Assembly (NCBI GenBank): GCA_010909165.1
Contig: MU008159.1
Coordinates: 868,001-932,000, forward strand
Direction: 5' to 3'
DNA length: 64,000 bases
Source: Anthoceros angustus
Lineage: Eukaryota; Plantae; Anthocerotophyta
This document shows positions 11,206 through 25,073 of the stretch, piece after piece (within the stretch, counting starts at the first letter, position 1; each line of letters opens with the position of its first letter). Position numbers and translations under genes: made by a program. The notes beneath the pieces were generated by a model. It made no database searches. It was not told where the DNA came from and was given only the letters and a program-made list of their open reading frames with translations.

Positions 11206-13418
11206 CATGTTTCTGTTACGGGAACTGTTGCGTGTGTTCATGATGAGCTCAATTACCTTGATTTCGAGGACTGCAGACCATGTTTACAAGCCTCGCGGAT
11301 TTTGTCTACATATTTCCTCGTCTGTGCAGCTGATGGGTCTTTCACATCAATCTGCCAAGAAGAGTCGTCACGGTTGCAAAAAGTGTTTAATGCAGTTGCT
11401 TGATGTCTGTGCCTGCTATGAACAAATGTATACCTTTGCAGCTAATATGTCCGCAAATTGATCAAAGGCTTCATACACTTGTGTCATGGTCCGACATGAA
11501 TCCATGATTTTTGCAGTGAGTCCTGTCGTACCAGTAACGAGATTATCAGACACCATTATTACACCTACACCCGCAGCTCACAAGACAGATGAGCTTCCCT
11601 TGTTCATGTGAACGATGGGATGAGAACTGCAATTTTCCGTTACCTCTTCTCAGCTTGACAACCCCTTTGAAAACTTCAGCGTTGTTGTAGCACAGAGCCA
11701 AGGTACCAATTGCCATGATCTGTACAGGTTTTGCAATGCTACCCAGAATCATCACACTTGAGGTTAACCAACCTACTGAGGTCAAGACAACCGACAAACC
11801 TGTGGAATAGCGCAAAAGCGAAAAACCGCTGGATCCTTGAGGGCCGCAGAATATTTCAAACACTCAGGAGCATGTTGTAAAGCGTTGGTTATCATTTCAT
11901 TTAAGCAGCAAACAGCTGCATCAGAGTTCTCCCGTTCCTTGAAATCCTGTTCAAAGGTAAACAGGTGGATGCAAGGGGTCCAGAAACAAATGCGGGCACT
12001 TGCTGACAGCTTACAGGCAGATTTGTACCTCCAGTTTTGATGCATACTTTGACCATATATCACGTGGCCAAAACATTCGTGGTGCTGGCAGCTCATTGAT
12101 GTCTTCCAGGTAGTCCCTAATTATATTTGTTTTCTGGAATCAGATTGCAACTCCTGATCTCATAAGTCGAGAACTCAAACAAGTATGAAGCGCCCTCTCA
12201 AGGACTAAGTGCCTCCTTGCCTGACAAGATAAACTACTGGCAAAAGCATGCATTGGGAGAGTGGGGAACAGACCTGTAAAAACAGACCCGAGGCATTGGA
12301 CAGGAAGTCTGGTTGAAAATCTTCAAGGCCAGCACTGAAAAACAGGCGGGAAAGGCCTAAACCCACTATCCCAGCTACATAATGACAATATTCATCATAA
12401 TCCGCTGTAGTTTCCACCTGCAGAAGATCATCAACAGCTCTTTAAAAGCTGCTGCCATTAAAGAAAGAAAACAGCAGAAAGAGAAAGACATCACGTTTCA
12501 CTGAAAGCTGCAACGATTACCCCAGCCAGGTGAAAGCATTCCAACATGGAAGAAAGCATGAGCACAAACACACAGTGAGGTTAATACTTCTGCAAGAATA
12601 AACTTTGCCATGCCATCTCCCATTCTTTTTGTCATCTCTGCAATAGTGTCTTGATACCTGTCAGCATAGACTATGGTCGGATAACGCGGACACAGCCTAA
12701 AAGAAGCCAACTCGATTGTACTGGGTCAACAAGTTCACCTACCCCTTTCCGAGCTGCAAGAAAGCAGTCGAGACGTGAAGAAATCCATCCATGAGCACCT
12801 TGTAGTCCTTATCACCGCCTGTACAACAACATCCCGAGTCACTGCTCAGCACGAGCTGGAAACTCATCACTTAGGATAGCACCACATTAATGCATCTTAC
12901 AGGCGAAGTGCCACGAGGGATCGTAGATATGCTTATCAAAGTCGTGCAAGATCGGGACCTTCACTTCCACTGGAATGGCCATATCATCCTCTGAGACGAG
13001 ACCACAAAATCCATCAGAAATACCGTAATGTGGCATAGACGAAACCTGCAGCAAGAACAGCGAGTGCCCTTGAGATACTGGGCAGCAGTGCACATACCCA
13101 CTGTGTCCAACGCACGTAGAACTAGGTAGAAGACGCAAACCTGTAGAGAAGAGAAACTTAGATCACTCGCTCTACTACATGCAGATCCGTGCAGGACGTC
13201 CCCAGCCAGCCACTTCAACTTACAGCATTGCGCAGCTCTGGACCAAGCTGTTGAATGACGATGGCGAAACTGCGGGAAACTCTCTGCAGCATGGAGTAGC
13301 AGAAGGCGAGATGCGGATCAGCGGGAATGGCCCTCTGTGCCTTGGCAGCTGCCAGCTTCAGCTTGAACAGAGCGGGCACTTCCCCGGGATGCTCCAGCAA
13401 GGAGCCCAAAAGGCCCAT
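10942..13418 (-). CDS. SQS: Squalene synthase (farnesyl-diphosphate farnesyltransferase), multi-exon
   Basis: Exons: [103 protein letters not shown]. The C-terminal TM tail [24 protein letters not shown] ends at 10942. Confidence 0.95.
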
Positions 13419-14253
13419 AGCTGTTGAAGCTGCTCCTGCCCTCACCCTCTGTTGTCTGTGCAGGTTCCGCCGCGAAGCTCGGGAAAGTAACGACGGTTAG
13501 GTGCCCACATTCAGACGAAAGAACTAGAATCCCAGCCCTTCCGCCTCGGCCGCTGCCTTCTTTATTAGCACAACACAGCCGTGAAACATGCAACACACTG
13601 TGGACAAGTAACAAAATGTGTGTACTGTATGTTGGTGCAAACTGAATTGCTGCCAGATACGAGATACGCGGGAAAGCATATCTGGCCGGTGGACACCTAA
13701 TGGTCGCACGTCAGCCTTGCCACTACCACGGGGGACCGTCTCCGAGACGCCCACCATTTTAAACTCCATCCTGCTAAGAGATCACGCCTCCTGCCATTGC
13801 GTCCCTGCCGCCTTCACTCTGCCCAATTCGGAGGTCTCAACAAGCTTGTAGATCGACAATCGAAACGTGTTGGCTGGTGCCTCTCGCAATACATGCTCTT
13901 GCTTGGAGAAGGAGCGGAACTAGTTGGCGAATTTCGCTGTGAGTAATGGATGGTCCCCTGTTCTGGCATCTGAGATGGACTGGCGCACCAGGTTGCTGGG
14001 TGCTCCTAATCACACCGAAGCTGTGGAATTATGTATCGTTCAATTGGCATCTGTTTTGATGGAGTCATGTGTGTTTGACCGAGTCCGGGCAGGGAACTGG
14101 AGGATTGTTAGCTCAGATCAGCAATCTTTCTGATTCTCTCAGTTGTTGCGGATGGAGATTGCAAAGTGCAGTGTTCATATCCATCTGTGATATCTCAGAA
14201 TTGGGTCACATCACGGACGCCTGTGCTAACTGGAGTCGGTTCGTGATAGTTGG

Positions 14254-16990
14254 ATGAAGGCAAGTAAGATGGCGCGAGTAGGGCAAGCGGAAGGGACATG
14301 TCGCATATGTCTGGAGTCATCTCCTGTGGCCGCCAGCAGTTTGTCCAAGTTCTCAGAGTCTCTGATCATGGAGGAAGATCGTTTGATATCTCCTTGTGCT
14401 TGCTCCGGTACTTTCTCATCGGCATGGTCTGAGGCTTGCAATTCTTGCCAACTACGGGGAATCAGCAGCGTGATGAGCTCATCGTGTGGCAGGGACTCAG
14501 GCGTTCGTACATTTCAAGTGCCTTAGGCGATGGCAAAGGGCTGTCATGTCTTCAAGGAGGCCAGGAGCCAGTCAGGGACCTGCTCTTGTGTAAGAGTTTT
14601 CAATCGCTTTTCGTCTGTCCATCGTTCTTCCGTCTCGTGAACTTTTGACCTTGCTGATAAGCTTTGTCACTCATGCAGGTGCTCTGTCTGCACTCATAAG
14701 TTCTCAGTGGCTCCACCACGGCCAGCCATCAGTTATCAGCTGTGGAAAGCCATGACGGGATACTCTTGCGAGGTTGCAGGTCTTCTCATCATTTTGGTAC
14801 GTCCCTCACTGACACGTCCTGAATGTGTGGGAAACGAGGGCTCAAGAACCTGTACTGATTTCAAGCCCTGGCTTGTGTGTGAACGTAGTGGGACAGGTCT
14901 GATTTAATAGCACTATAGCTATTCCTATTTTGTCCACTCTTAACGGGTTACAGCTCCAGATTTCCTTGTCCTTTCATGATGTCAAGGAATATGTAGTGTT
15001 GTTCAAGGGAGCCAATTTAAAGATTAGACGATTTTGTTTGCAACAGGTGTATTGCACAAGCATTGCCGCTTTTCTCTGTTATTGTATCATATTCTAAGGT
15101 AAAAGCGGTTTTTGTTTTCTCTTTTTGGGTGGGGATGCCTTTTTTTTTACGCTGGATATTAGTCTCAGAGGTTTTCTTTTTTACTTTTATCATGAGAAGC
15201 CATGTCATAGGTCCTCACCAGGTCGATAAGAGTTTTTGTTTCCATTGGAATATCAACTCCCTAGTACTGATTGGCTCTAGCACCCAGACAAGACCCCTTC
15301 TGATGCTCTTGCATCTGAATCACATTTAGTCCTGCATGCTGCCACGAACTGTGCCAGTCAGTGTATATTTTGTTTAGCACTGCAGCGTAACCAAGGCGTG
15401 TGGTTGAATTGCACAGTGTGCTTGTTATGTGGCGCTCACTGGCTACAACCTACAAGCTATAATTGAGGAGCTACAGACTGGCCTGGCTATAGCGCGAGAA
15501 GTCTTTCCGTGCAGCTTTCTTGTAAATCTTGATGAGAGATGCCTTTCAAGATCCTGCAGGTGAGTCTGAGATGTGTTTCACTTTTGGGGGTCATGGTCTT
15601 GTATATGGGGTGATCATGCTGCAAGTTTGTGATTCTGAGAATGTGAAATGGTTCATTTCTGCTGTGTGTATCTGGGGGATGGCAATGCAGCATTCAAAAT
15701 ACTCCTGTAATAAGTTTGCAATCCAGTAGCTGGGACCATGTTAAATCATTGGATGATGAAGAATACCGCAATACAAACAGGTTGGGTTGATAGTACGGCT
15801 CGTCAAGTATGATCAGGAGGACAGCACTGTTGGGACTTAGCTGTTGGATATCGCGGTTTGCTTGTTACCATTAGAGAGATTATTTCTATATAGTAGGACA
15901 CTACGAAGTTTGGTGAATATCTAGAGCGGGAATGCTGTTTTGGGCGATGATTAGCTTCTTTGCTAGTGCTGAGAGTAGGTTTGCTTTCAGGAGTCTCATG
16001 TGCAGCAGGTGAAAGGCTGACGGAGGGACTCCCGGGGTCTGCAGCCTGCTTGGAAGTAGGTTGCGTTTTGGGTGGACAAACCTTCATCCAGGCACTCTGC
16101 TAGTTGCTACTCATGCTATGCCTTCTCCATTTTTTTTTGGTACTGTGGTAAGTCTGTCTGCTGCTTCCTGCATGCGGCACCTGTTTTTGCATTTCCTTTG
16201 CAATTGTTTTCATCTGCAATGCTTGTCTCACCTTGCTGTTGCATCATGAAGGTATTGCTGTATGAGCATCAGAGGTGCAGCGGATCCCGAGGCCTTATTC
16301 TCAACGTGAATTTGGAGGTCAAATATTCTTTTTAGGAGCATTGGCTCAAATGTGGATCAGCAGTTATTGTTTTTGCCGTGGAAATGATATGGATATTCAC
16401 GTTTCATACATGTGCTACTGTGTGCGTTGCTCGCCTGTTTTCAGAGGGAGAAAATAATTCAGTGGGAGACGGAAGTTTTAGGTTCTGGCAACGTTTTGAG
16501 AGGGCTTCGCCATGGGGTAGGAGGCCCTGTTGCACAAGATGAATGGTTGATTCTGCACAGATGTTCAGGGTGTAAGATGGTGGAGGGTACGGAGAAGAAG
16601 GCTTGCAGCAGGCTTTTGGGAACTGAGCTGTTGCCAGGAATTTACTTGGGAAAGGATTTTGTACCCGTGCTCCAGCACCTGAATTGCTTGAATATGTCTC
16701 AAGACTTGGGTGAGGTGGAGATGGGCTGCTCGCTGAAAGGTGCGCAAGAATCCAAGGGGAACACACCCAGCAACAGAAGGGGAATCTTGAGTGCTGCTGA
16801 AGGCGGCAATTCCAGAACAGGTGATCCGCCTCACATCCTTCATCAAGTCTTACATGGCCACGCGGAGTGGTACGTCGGACAGCTCGGCAGTGAAGTGAGA
16901 CGGGGCCTGTGGGTGGCTAAGGAAAATGCTTCTGATCTTCTACTATCGACTCCTATTGATGGTTTGTGGCATGCTCTCATTAATCAGTAG
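14254..16990 (+). CDS. RING-CH (RINGv) zinc finger fused to a DUF179/YqgE-AlgH-like domain, multi-exon
   Basis: CRICLE..LISPCACSGT / FVHFKCLRRWQ / CSVC give the C4HC3 RING-CH. Later exons LHPGTLLVAT, VLLYEHQRCSGSRGLILN and HGHAEWYVGQLGSEVRRGLW match DUF179 motifs. Stop at 16990. Confidence 0.75.
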
Positions 16991-17213
16991 TAGCACCAGC
17001 TGGCTGCTGCAAACGATTGTGGAATCATATTGGGCAAAAGGAGTTCAACTTCATCATCTATGCAACAAAAATCTGCGGTGTTATTTGCAGTTAGTGCCGT
17101 CTTTGAGACTTGTGAATTGACTTGAGCCCGCGGGTAGGCCTCGTTGTATTGAAACATCTCTGGTAACAGGCAGGTAATGGTAAAAGTACAAAAGAGGCCC
17201 TGAGCATTCTTGC

Positions 17214-18686
17214 TTACAGCTCAATCCCGTCTTGCTCTATCACTTCCGATGGCAAAGATGGCCGTAACAGTAAATGCAAAGCCGGACCAAGAACTGGGAG
17301 CACAGCCAGTGGTACGAGCCAAAACTTTTTCTCAAGCCTGCACACAGAGCAGTGCATAAACCTCACCACGTATGATATTGTGTGCTACACATGCTGAATC
17401 GGGTGGAAGGAGGTACATACCCTTGGCGTACAGCCAAATCGTTGAAAACCCAAAAAGGAGCCAGCACCGACAGAGTGAGGAAGTCGATGGACATTACATG
17501 AATCTGTTCACAAAATCGCATTAGCGAGACCAGTAACGTGCAAGATACAGCAGAGTGATGAGGATAGATGGTCTCACGAATTTGCTCTCTCTAAAGTATT
17601 GGATGTACTCCCTCCACGAGTCCGCAGGGGCAAGGCCTCCACTCACGAGCAAGGCAACCACTGCGAATGTAACGACCTGCAGCCAAAATCACCGTATTGA
17701 GGAACAGAGTAGCTTGCAACAGAACAAATGCACGGAAGGAAACGACACCAACCGCAGCAAATATCTTCGACTCCAGAACTTTGAGGGGCAACTTGTTCAG
17801 CTCCTCTTGCGATACACGCGGAACGGGTGGTTTCCAAAGTGCGAAATACGGCAACAACGCGCCTGCTCCAAAAAATGTGGACAGAGCTGCAAAAGGCCAT
17901 ACAGGAGGCCCGCCCTTGGAACTGTCCACATTCGTATGGTCATGGTTAGACTCTCATGGATACTTGTCAAACATTGCAAACACACCAGAAGCACTAGTAG
18001 GATGACAAACCTTCTGCCACCTGGTATGAGTAGAGCAGTATAGATAACGGGCCATATGCCCATGATGTACCACACATTGACCAACACTGGGTTCATGTAA
18101 AACCCATCATCTGCTCTCAAGAATACCAGCTTCTCTAGGAAATACTGGTCCCTGAACTGCAACACCAGTCTGCTGTGAGAATTCAGGCAAAGGCGTGTCA
18201 CATAACCATCGTAAGGGGAAATAGACGTACAGGAGTTTGCGAGGGTGCTAGAGCCACAGCATAAGCTATAAGTCCAGCCCATAGAAAGAAGAGGATGCCA
18301 TTGGAAGCGTATCCCATCGCTCCTCCCGATCCATCACCACCACCTCCTTGCCCGTCTCCACCCCCATCCTCCTCGCTGCCCCCGTTACCTGCTGACAAAT
18401 CTTCACCAGCCTGCGACTCTGTTTCCCTGTCCGTGCTGGGGGCACCCACAAACACCACCAACTGTGGCCTGCTTTTCTTTCTTCGGGTTCCGAACAATCC
18501 TGATTGTCCAGGGGCTGAATAAACTGTTGGCAATGAGCGGGCGTGGGCGTCCCACAGAGCCAGACAGCATACGGCTGCTGAAGAGCCCCACTTCGACTTC
18601 GACCCCAAACCAGACAGACCTCGAGAGGCCCAAGGCGAATCTACTGCCTTCAACGGACGCCTCACTGCATACAACCTTCTGCTCAA
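17214..18686 (-). CDS. Conserved uncharacterised multi-pass membrane protein (At2g04360-like), likely plastid-targeted
   Basis: LAPSQTP/RDQYFLEKL..ADDGFYMN..WYIMGIWP, PVWPF..LLPYFALWKPP, QYFRESKF, IDFLTLSVLAPFWVFND, last exon PVLGPALHLLLRP..IEL*. Confidence 0.85.
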
Positions 18687-19789
18687 TCAACAGGCCCCAA
18701 ATGCATGAGAATGTGCATTGTAGCACCATTCAATGACAGCCGGGTCAAACCTGAACAGAGTGAGTGGCTCCCGAGCACGGTCACCTCGTATCTCATGCTA
18801 CAGCCAGGCAGTTGCCATAGCCTTCCCAGCTTCGATCCATCGCAGATACAACACACTTGTCCCGATGCTGAGGCACTGATAAGATGCTCAGCTGCAGTCA
18901 TTGCCATAGCAGAGCATTCAGTCTCCTGCCGACTCTCGCGGATTCAACTCGGATCTCCAACGAGCAGCCTATGTACGTACATTTACACCTCAGGTGGCAT
19001 TTCCGGGGGCCCTAACAAAAGAATCGTTTGTAGTGCGACATTCGCTGGTTTCAGTCGTGACACGTTCTCAAACAACTTATCTCGTCTATTTAGAAACTAC
19101 GAAATCAAACGCTAAGCGCAAACAGATCTCAGATCTCAGCTGACACAAGCTTCGAGCGGTGAAGAAGAAAATGATAAAATTAATATAGCCTGGAATGTCA
19201 TCCATCAGAGCACTGACAGGACAAAAGAGTTCTTATTAGTCTCGATCCGAGGCTGGTATGTACTGTACACGGGTTAATACTGAAGTAAAAACTACAAAAT
19301 TCCTATGCCAGGTGCACACTTCCGCTAGAAGGTACTTGAATCTTGTTCCTCAACAGCCTCCCTAATGCAGCACCACTGAGTTGGATACCTGAAATTTGAA
19401 ATACAGACTCAGGGTTTGCTTCCACGAGCCAGTCTTCCAAGGCGTGCCGAAGCTGAGAGCTCCCCTCGTATTTGAATATTTCCACCAGATTTAACTTACA
19501 TTCCCAAGAGGCAATATGAAAAATGGTGAAACCAGCATGACAACCTCATCGACACCCGGTCGGCAAGCTAGGTGAACAGAACCAGCGCCATTCTTGGCTG
19601 CCGAGCATGGTACAGCAGTTGCACAGGGAGCCTGCAACTCGGCTGGGAAACAGACCTATGAGCCATGACGCCAGCAAAGTGGCTTTCTAGATGAAAACCT
19701 CAGAGGTCTGGCATACCCGGAATCATGACCTGTGCTGAAAAAAAAGGGAAAGACAAGCAAGCATGGAGAGGTGGATGCAGGATATGAGA

Positions 19790-20526
19790 TCATCGAAATT
19801 TGAGCATGCTCGTGCTCCTTTCGGCTGCAGCTGAAGCCCTTGGCTGAGGTCGCCTTCTCTTCTGCTGTTGTCGAACAGGTGCGCAATCCTCATCATCTGG
19901 AGCACGTCTCTGCTGACCCTCGTTCTCATCCTTGTCGCACTTAGTAGCTGAGACAGCGAGCTGTGACTCTTCAATTCCCTTGGAGAGATTAGTGATGCCC
20001 TTGAGGTCTGTGGCCTGAGCGAGACCCTCGATAGTCTTCTGACAGAGAACCTCAGGAGTTACAGCCTTCTTGTTCTCCACGATATTCAGCTCGTACCGCA
20101 AAGGCCAAGAAGCCACACTCTTCCTGGTCTTGGACCTGGTCATGGGCAAGCTCGCAGAGCTGTTTTCGTCTTCGTCATCTTGCATAACCTGTGATTCAAG
20201 AATTTTCGTCAGTCCCAGCCTTAAACCCTTAAAAACATGGCCAAGATGGATTTGCAGGCCCGACAAAGCGAGGAACAAGAGGAGAAGCATAGTACATTGG
20301 CAGGACTGAGAACCGCAGTGATGTCCTGGAGGGGAATGCGGGGATAATCTGGAGGGAGAGGACTCCTGCTCACAACTTGGCCATCCGAGAACACATTCTC
20401 GTGGAAAACACACAGGTTCTCCTTGTCCTGAGATATAGCCTTGTTCCTTCCTCCCGACTTCTTGCGGGCCTTCTTGGCTTCCTTCTGAGGCTCCACGAGC
20501 ACTGCCCTGTCCATGGTTTTCGCCAT
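19790..20526 (-). CDS. UVI4/OSD1(GIG1)-like APC/C inhibitor, two exons
   Basis: KEN box (DKENL), RSPLPPDYPRIPLQDITA resembling the family D-box region (PxWYPRTPLRDIT), and a C-terminal TSMLKFR* resembling the MR tail. ATG at 20526. Confidence 0.6.
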
Positions 20527-23500
20527 CTCTCCTTCCTCCTTGCCCTCCGTGCTTACTACAACTTGCCGAAGCCTCACTTCCCTCGCGCCTCGCGGTTGCT
20601 CCAGAAACCAGCTGGGAATCACCTGCTCCCTCACTCCCCCGAAAATTCGTCCAAATTGGAGACCCCAGGCCCCCTGCTCCTGAGAGCAACGCCGATCGAG
20701 AGGGCAGAGACACAGAATTCCGCTCAAGCGGACACTCGGTACCACTACGCTGGGGGCGCAAAGAAACAGGCAAGGCGGATGTGATTCCGGCCAGGGAAGA
20801 ACCTACGCAAGAAGGGAGGACTGGGCCACCCCTATATACGGAGGGGAGCGCTATGGAGATGAGCAGGAGCTGGAGAAGAGGCGGAAAGAACAGCCAGGAC
20901 AGAATGCGCGAGAGGAGACTTTGAATCCACCATGCTCATCTTCTTGCGCGGCGCGCACCCACATTATATCTCACTACGGAGCCTCTGGAGCTCCCTTCCA
21001 CCTTTCAAACCCCGTAAGCTGGGCGCTCCCATGGTCACACAACAAAGAAGGATTTGAACACGCTCCGATGCCCCAGGCTTATAACTTCCATTCCCAGTGC
21101 CCCCAACCGGTGGGACGAAGGCACCTGTTGCCCGGTTCCTCGATGACAAGCGCCTGATTTAAAACGTTCTCAAACTTCTCGGCTTAGCACCCGCAAAGTT
21201 TGAACGGTTAGGCTGGGCGGTTGCCACCACAAGTTTGAATCAACTCGAGCACCTGCACTGTAGCTTCCCCACGGCGTGGTGCTTGCAGTTGGATAACGAA
21301 GATGTTAAGGTGGGCGCTACTTCGGTGGGTGAATATTTGAATGGCGAGGGAAAACTGGTGAAACGGTCACTTGAATTTTGAACCACCCCGGTTTTTTTCC
21401 CCTCAGGACTTTTTGTGTTTGGGGGGCAGCCACTTTCTTCTTTCTTGCTTGCCACAAAAGCGAAGGTTGTAAGCGACACCTTCGCTGACCACTTTGAGCC
21501 ACTCCTGCTATGCTACGGAAGCTGGCTATTTGCTACTTGGGGGGTCTTTAAACTTTATGGTTACAATAAGTAGAGCGTCTCACCGTTCGGCGAATTCACT
21601 AATTAATTTCTAATTATTTATATTAAATATTATTATTTAGCATGAAATTTCATCTTTTTTTTCTTACCTGAAAGTAGCAAACTAAGGACCCCTACGGACT
21701 GGCAGTTCGCCCGAACTGGGACGCATCCAGTTTAGTGTGCCAACTAGACAGTTTAGCTCCTGTTAAATTGAACTTTCAACGAACTGTAAATGACGAACCA
21801 TGTTCCCACGAACAACCCATCGAATTGAATTGGATAGATATTATCCCCAGTCACCTATTCGAAGCCCAACTATGGTCTTCGTTCTTTATTTGCACGTATT
21901 CCATTGTATCCAAGGCCAAATCTAAACTCTTTTTTGCTTGCAGGGTTTTGTGCCTAACATCTCGGCAAGCCAGCTAATTCTTCGAGACGTGCTATCGCAG
22001 GAGATAGATTTGAGCCCTGTTTCTTAGGGTTCAAGGAGCTTGCAGAGCCCACATGAGCCCGCCCACCGAGAGACCGCCCACCACTAACGCACGAAGGAGA
22101 AATTTGTACAAGATAAAGTGTGCTGGTGTTCAAACTATAACGTGTGCACCATAAAACTGCGTATTTTAACCTCACAGTTCATCACACCTTGGGTTTTTCG
22201 TACCGATTTACTTTGGCCTCTGAAATGATTCAAACCGAATTGAAATCTAATCATTACCTACTTTCGTCAGCGGACTGATAACCGCGTTGGATCCTGTCCG
22301 AGTACCGGTTCAAAACAGTTCTGTCCTTACGTGGATTAGAACTGAATTGAAGTTAGCGAATGGCTTTTACGAACTGCCACTCCATGAGGGTCCTAAGAGA
22401 GTTGGCAACTACCTAGACAAAGGAGTTGTTCATTGTTTTGTGGGATCTTGATTGGGGCAAATTTAGGAGGGCGGAGGAGAGTCGACGGCGAAATAAGGAG
22501 CAGGACATCGCCGAGTTGGAGAAAGACTTGGAGGAAGCCAGGAGCCGGGCGGAGCTGCCGGACCGCCTGGAAAGGGATATGGTAGATAAGGTTTTTCATT
22601 GGTGGCAACACAATAAAGTCAGGTCGCTCCTTAGATTCCCCAGCTCTCTTGCAGTATGATGTTAACACTCTGGTTGATCTAACTAAGAGCATAGCAAGGT
22701 TTTTACAATGACAAGCCTTCCGTTTGAATCCGGTGCAAATTTGTCAAGTTTACCAATAGTCGGGATGCTCCTTTTTGTGATTTTCTTGTAGATTCAATCA
22801 CTCGTTGATTTAGAACTAATCACCAGGCCCCTTTGAGTGGATCAAAAGTCTTGTTAAATGCTGCATCAAAATTCTTGAGTTATATGGGGATGACACTAAC
22901 TTTAGTACAGTCATCCCAAACATGGTTTCTACACTCGATTTTTTAGGTTATCAAATTATTTTTTTATATAGTTTTTATTTAATAAACCCCATCTACTGGG
23001 GTTATACTTAAATAAAGGATTTTGTACAATTTATAGTTCAATCTACCAACTCATAAATGCAGGTCTACACTTGAATGGCCCTAAGATAGCCCTGCAATAT
23101 ATAAATATTCTAGAATACATTACTGGAGACTCAAGTTACGTGACATTGACATAGATGATAGTTGTGCTACCAGGTAATTGACTCATAGAGAGGGTGGACA
23201 ACTTTAATTTTAGGATGTCATCTACTAGGATTGTGGTTGTGCAAGCACTTGGTATTCATAAAGAGTTGTTCTGAATTTCTACAAAAAAGGTTTGACATTG
23301 CAACTGTATAATATTTTACACAAAATATATATTATATGTTTGTTACTTACTACGTATCATTTTGATAGAAAAATGTGTTATTCTATATCCAAAATTGTAC
23401 AAAGAAAATGCTCAAGAAAATTCATTTGATGAGCACAAGATGTGGCACGTGGTGACATATATAGAAAAGCTTAAAAGACTAGCTACATGTGGAATATCCA

Positions 23501-23917
23501 TCTTAGGCAATGCATGTCTTATAGTTTTTAAGGTTCAATGTTATGATGAGTTAAGATGCTCTCTTGTGCACTTATCATCCAATAAGAAGGATGCACTATA
23601 AGATTTGCCTTTTCAAAGTCTGAGATTCTCTTGAATGATGTATTTTAATTAACATCTCTCACTTATCCTTGCATTGTGATGCTATCCGGTGCAAATTGCG
23701 CTCTAAGCATTCTGCACTGATTGCAAGCCACCTCTCAACTGAGATCTTTGTCTTCTCCAGCATACCACGTCTTGCTATGATATCGTATATGTCACCTTTC
23801 ATTGACGATTGGAGAACAAAGATGTCCCCCCTTAGTCCAATAATCAGATGATACAGTGCGGTGGTATGCATGTGATGGTAGAGATCCATTGTAATGATTT
23901 TGGGGTGGTGGTGTGCT

Positions 23918-24117
23918 CATTACAAGAAAATGAGGGTTTTTACAACTGTTTTTACAAAAGATGTTACCATTACAAGAAAATGAGGGTTTTTACAACTGTT
24001 TTTACAAAAGATGTTACCATTACAAGAAAATGAGGGTTTTTACAACTGTTTTTACAAAAGATGTTACCATTACAAGAAAATGAGGGTTTTTACAACTGTT
24101 TTTACAAAAGATGTTAC
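23918..24117 (+). repeat. 4 identical 50-bp tandem units, each starting with an En/Spm-like CACTA TIR variant
   Basis: Units start at 23918, 23968, 24018 and 24068. CATTACAAGAAAA is 12/13 identical to the En/Spm TIR CACTACAAGAAAA. Confidence 0.9.
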
Positions 24118-24429
24118 AATGCGGCGTTGTAAAACGGCACAACAATGCCGTTGTAAACTGAGAGGTTCATGATGTTGTAAAATTGCTGACATGGCCAGTT
24201 CCAGCGCCATGTCATTAAAGTGGTGATGTGGTGCCACATCACCACCACATCACCAAGTGATGACATGGCATGTTGTTGCCACGTGGCTCATCATTGCCAC
24301 ATCATCAGGTGATGACGTGGTAGGATTTGATGACATGGCCCTCATCGCCACATCACCATGTGATGATGTGGTGCCCACTGCCATGTGGCGCCTAGTCAGC
24401 AATCCTTGCCATGTCACCTATTTACAACG

Positions 24430-24790
24430 CCTTTTGTAAAACCATTTAAAATATCCCAATTACAAAAGGAATTACAACATTTAAGTTTGAGACATCACGG
24501 TGCGGGTACAACGCACTTTACAACGACCTGTTTTCCAAAACCATCTACAATATCCCAATTACAAAAAGAATTACAACATCTAAGTTTGAGACGTCTCAAT
24601 ACGGGTACAACGCACTTTACAACGACCTATTTTACAAAACCATTTATAATATCCTAATTACAAAAGGAATTACAACATCTAAGTTTGAGACATCTCGGTG
24701 CGGGTACAACGCACTTTGCAACGACTTGTTTTACAAAACCATCTACAATATTCCAATTACAAAAGGAATTACAACATCTAAATTACAACA
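24430..24790. repeat. 99-bp tandem repeat, ~3.5 copies
   Basis: AATATCC(C/T)AATTACAAAA-type starts at 24450, 24549, 24648 and 24747. Confidence 0.9.
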
Positions 24791-25073
24791 AAATGTAGTT
24801 TCATTAACAAATAACCCCCCTAGTTCTCTAAATCAAAAAGAGTTTATGCACAATTAACAACGTCATGTATAACGAGCAAGCCCTGTCAACAAATCCCCGT
24901 TGTCAACATGCCATGTTAACAAACCCCTGTTGTAAAATCCGTGCCACATCATATTAGTTAGGAACCCTTGTCGTAAATGTTCGAAAAAATTACAACAGGG
25001 CTTTGAGATGTGGTAAGAGTGTTGTAGTTTCCTAGAACTAAACTTAGACCCATTTGTAAAAAGGGGCTTGGCT

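Larger units (their letters stand above)
23918..25070. mobile_element. Non-autonomous CACTA-derived element
   Basis: TIR-like left end and dense TTTACAAC/GTTGTAAA subterminal motifs. It also has CCACATCA/TGATG(A/T)(C/G)(A/G)TGG palindromic blocks (24200-24420) and a GCT trinucleotide on both flanks. A canonical right TIR was not found. Confidence 0.5.

Noticed and set aside
19303-19485. Short minus-strand ORF (EIFKYEGSSQLRHALEDWLVEANPE...) as a separate gene
   Set aside because: It reads protein-like, but I cannot recognise a family or build a gene model. It may be UTR or intergenic; a BLASTx would decide.
22426-22659. Charged ORF in the TE island
   Set aside because: No recognisable domain and no supporting exons; probably a TE fragment.
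23918-24117. CRISPR-like array
   Set aside because: The units are contiguous identical 50-mers with no unique spacers, in a eukaryotic context with no cas genes. This is a TIR-derived tandem repeat.
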